Assembly (NCBI GenBank): GCA_046484625.1
Contig: JAWOIO010000127.1
Span: 3,378 to 67,377, forward strand
Origin: Acidimicrobiia bacterium
GTDB lineage: Bacteria; Actinomycetota; Acidimicrobiia; IMCC26256; PALSA-555
DNA: 64,000 nucleotides
Direction: 5' to 3'
The position numbers were made by a program, and so were the translations under genes. The notes beneath the pieces were generated by a model. That model was not told the origin of the DNA. It made no database searches and saw nothing but the letters and a program-made list of their open reading frames with translations. Positions 61,716 to 64,000 of the stretch are shown here, in pieces (position 1 is the first letter of the stretch; each line of letters starts with the position of its first letter).

Positions 61716-61839
61716 GCTCCTTCGTCGGGACTCGACCTGGCGCCCTAGCGTGCCACGGCGGGCCGGGCTGGACCGCCGGCCCGGGATGGCCCTAGCAATA
61801 CATGGACCGCCGCCCGCCCCCTGAACGCAGGAGCACCTG

Positions 61840-62955
61840 ATGAACATCGTCGAACGGCTCGGGATCGAGTTCCCGATCTTCGCCTTCTCCCACTGCCGAG
61901 ACGTCGTCGCGGCGGTGAGCCGCGCCGGTGGGTACGGCGTCCTGGGGGCGCTCGCCTTCAGCCCCGAGCAGCTCGAGATCGAGCTCACCTGGATCGACGA
62001 GCACGTCGACGGCAAGCCGTACGGGGTCGACATCGTCATGCCCGCAAAGTACGTGGGGAAGGGTGGGGGCGACGAGGCGAGCCTCGCCAACCTCGAGTCG
62101 ATGATCCCCGCGGAGCATCATCAGTTCGTCGACGAGCTCCTCGAGCAGCACAACGTGCCGCCGCTCCCCGACGACCTCGATGCGCCGGTGAAGGCCGCCG
62201 GCCTGGGCGTCGACGAGGAGGGGCCGGGTCAGGTCGAGGTCTCGCTCGCCCACGGTGCCAGCATGCTCGTCAACGCGCTCGGCCCGCCCCCGCCCGAGGT
62301 GATCGCCCAGGCCCACGAGCACGGCGTCCTCGTCGGTGCGCTCGCCGGCGCGCGGGTGCACGCCGAGCGTCAGGTCGCGATGGGTGTCGACGTGATCGTC
62401 GCGCAGGGCACCGAGGCCGGCGGGCACTGTGGCGACGTCTCCACCATGGTGCTGGTCCCCGAGATCGTCGATGCGGTCGGGCCCGACGTCCCGGTGCTCG
62501 CCGCGGGGGGCATCGGCACGGGGCGACAGATGGCCGCGGCCCTCGCGCTCGGCGCCCAGGGTGTGTGGACCGGATCGATCTGGCTCACCGTCGCGGAAGC
62601 CGATACGTCGCCGGTCGTGGTGGAGAACCTGCTCGCGGCGGGCTCTCGTGACACGGTCCGCTCGCGGGCGATGACGGGCAAGCCGGCGCGCCAGCTCCGT
62701 ACCGGGTGGACCGAGGCCTGGGAGCGGGAGGACACCCCCGACCCGCTGCCGATGCCGCTCCAGGGGATCATCTACAGCGAGGCCGGTCGCCGGATCACGC
62801 GGGCCAACAACAAGGAGCTCGCGGGGTTCCCCGTGGGCCAGATCGTCGGGCGGATGAACACCGTGCGACCGACGCGCGACGTCATCTTCGACATGGTGCA
62901 GGAGTGGATCGAGACCACCGAGCGCCTCGGCTCGATGATCGCCGACGGCGCATGA
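61840..62955 (+). CDS. nitronate monooxygenase / NAD(P)H-dependent flavin oxidoreductase (NMO family)
   Basis: MNIVERLGIEFPIFAFSH...GGYGVLGA...IVAQGTEAGGH...AAGGIGTG. Confidence 0.85.
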   Translation: MNIVERLGIEFPIFAFSHCRDVVAAVSRAGGYGVLGALAFSPEQLEIELTWIDEHVDGKPYGVDIVMPAKYVGKGGGDEASLANLESMIPAEHHQFVDELLEQHNVPPLPDDLDAPVKAAGLGVDEEGPGQVEVSLAHGASMLVNALGPPPPEVIAQAHEHGVLVGALAGARVHAERQVAMGVDVIVAQGTEAGGHCGDVSTMVLVPEIVDAVGPDVPVLAAGGIGTGRQMAAALALGAQGVWTGSIWLTVAEADTSPVVVENLLAAGSRDTVRSRAMTGKPARQLRTGWTEAWEREDTPDPLPMPLQGIIYSEAGRRITRANNKELAGFPVGQIVGRMNTVRPTRDVIFDMVQEWIETTERLGSMIADGA

Positions 62956-64000
62956 CCGATCGACACTTCTCGCTCGCCGACCTCTTCGAGCTCGTCGCCG
63001 ACACGGTGCCCGATCGACTCGCGCTCGTCGCCGGTTCGGAGCGGCGTACGTTCGCCGAGCTCGACGAGCGGTCGACGCGGCTCGCGAACCACCTCGTCGC
63101 GCGCGGCATCGGTCCCGACGACAAGGTCGCCATCTACTCGTGGAACCGCGCCGAGTGGATCGAGGCGATGTTCGCCGCGTGGAAGGCGCGCGCGGTCCCC
63201 ATCAACATCAACTACCGGTACGTCGCCGACGAGCTGCGCTACGTGCTCGAGAACGCCGACGTGCGGGCCGTCGTGTTCGAGCGGTCCTTCGCGCCGTTGC
63301 TCGACACCGTCGCTCCGGACCTGCCCCTGGTGTCGCACCGGATCGTCCTGGAAGACGGCTCCGACGCCGAGGTCGGGGACGCCGTCCCGTACGAGGAGGC
63401 GGTCGCTTCGGCGTCGCCCGAGCGGCCGGGGATGGAGCGCTCGGCCGACGACCTCTACATGCTCTACACGGGCGGGACCACCGGGATGCCCAAGGGAGTC
63501 ATGTGGCGCCAGGAGGACATCTTCTTCGCGGCGATGGGCGGTGGCGGCTTCGGCGAGCCGCCCATCGAGACCCCCGAGGAGATCGTGGGCCGGGTGAAGC
63601 CCGAGGCCGAGCGCATGATCTCCATGGCGCTCGCGCCCGTCATGCACGGTGCCGCGCAATGGGGCCTGTGCATCACGCTCTTCGGAGGTGGGACGGCCCT
63701 GCTCTACACCGGGCACCACTTCGACCCGCACGAGGTCTGGAAGATCGTCGAGGCCGAGCGCGCCAACTCCGTGATGGTCGTCGGCGACGCGATGGCTCGG
63801 CCGTTGGCGGAAGCACTCGCCGAACCGGGAACCAGCTACGACACGTCGTCGGTGTTCTCCGTCGGGTCCGGGGGCGCGGTGTTCTCGACCGCGGTGAAGG
63901 ACCAGCTCCGCGAGCAGCTCGGCGAGGTGCTCATCATCGACACGTTCGGCGCGTCGGAGCTCGGGGCCGGCGGCAGCTCGCTCGACCCCGACCGGGGGCT
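62952..64000 (+). CDS. acyl-CoA synthetase (AMP-binding, FadD-type), 3' end beyond window
   Basis: LYMLYTGGTTGMPKGVMWRQEDIF is the AMP-binding motif. ATGA overlap with the NMO stop. The frame stays open to the window end. Confidence 0.88.
   Translation, partial: MTDRHFSLADLFELVADTVPDRLALVAGSERRTFAELDERSTRLANHLVARGIGPDDKVAIYSWNRAEWIEAMFAAWKARAVPININYRYVADELRYVLENADVRAVVFERSFAPLLDTVAPDLPLVSHRIVLEDGSDAEVGDAVPYEEAVASASPERPGMERSADDLYMLYTGGTTGMPKGVMWRQEDIFFAAMGGGGFGEPPIETPEEIVGRVKPEAERMISMALAPVMHGAAQWGLCITLFGGGTALLYTGHHFDPHEVWKIVEAERANSVMVVGDAMARPLAEALAEPGTSYDTSSVFSVGSGGAVFSTAVKDQLREQLGEVLIIDTFGASELGAGGSSLDPDRG

Overview
This is a very GC-rich window (exact GC not computed) with strong GC3 codon bias. 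Gene order is typical of the conserved chromosomal core of a high-GC Gram-positive bacterium (Actinomycetota-like); I cannot assign a genus. About 60 CDS can be supported, mostly on the + strand, and many are translationally coupled through ATGA or GTGA overlaps.

Main blocks, in order:
- murT-like (partial), methyltransferase, proS
- an ATP-dependent DNA ligase, an HPF/RaiA-like protein and a LigD-type primase-polymerase
- rimP-nusA-ylxR-infB-DUF503-rbfA-nrnA-truB-ribF, then a secreted HExxH protein, then rpsO-pnp-M16 peptidase-dapB
- a Liv-type ABC transporter with an embedded acyl-CoA ligase
- a small accessory patch: TetR, hypothetical, TetR, diiron protein
- GAF-GGDEF cyclase, RNase J, SDR, ftsK, rimO-pgsA-cinA-thpR, recA
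- tauE, miaB-miaA-dapF-hflX-dapC-dapD, a GlxA/AraC regulator
- lexA, a LysM (ChiZ-like) gene, nrdR, an intein-containing class II RNR (nrdJ)
- DUF2277, DUF427, a CPA2 antiporter with a KhtT-like subunit, nitronate monooxygenase, an acyl-CoA synthetase (partial)

I found no rRNA, tRNA, CRISPR array, transposase or prophage gene. The only mobile element is the NrdJ intein. I did not find a convincing new multi-gene system such as a defence island.

The most interesting signals are regulatory or structural:
1. An in-frame TAG splits the otherwise full-length essential gene pgsA.
2. The lexA / LysM-gene control region is dense: three tandem SOS boxes plus three tandem 18-bp repeats carrying a TGTCACAC motif. 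That motif recurs with TAnnnT spacing upstream of recA, resembling the RecA-independent (PafBC-type) DNA-damage promoter.
3. The nrdJ leader has NrdR-box-like palindromes and competing GGACCAC/GTGGTCC pairings.
4. Two related ~55-nt palindromic elements bracket ftsK.
5. A canonical intrinsic terminator lies immediately upstream of rimP-nusA.
6. Several small unannotated ORFs sit next to SOS operators.
7. In-frame 9-18 bp tandem repeats recur at protein termini.

All functional calls rest on motifs I recognised by eye in the translations. No database search was run.
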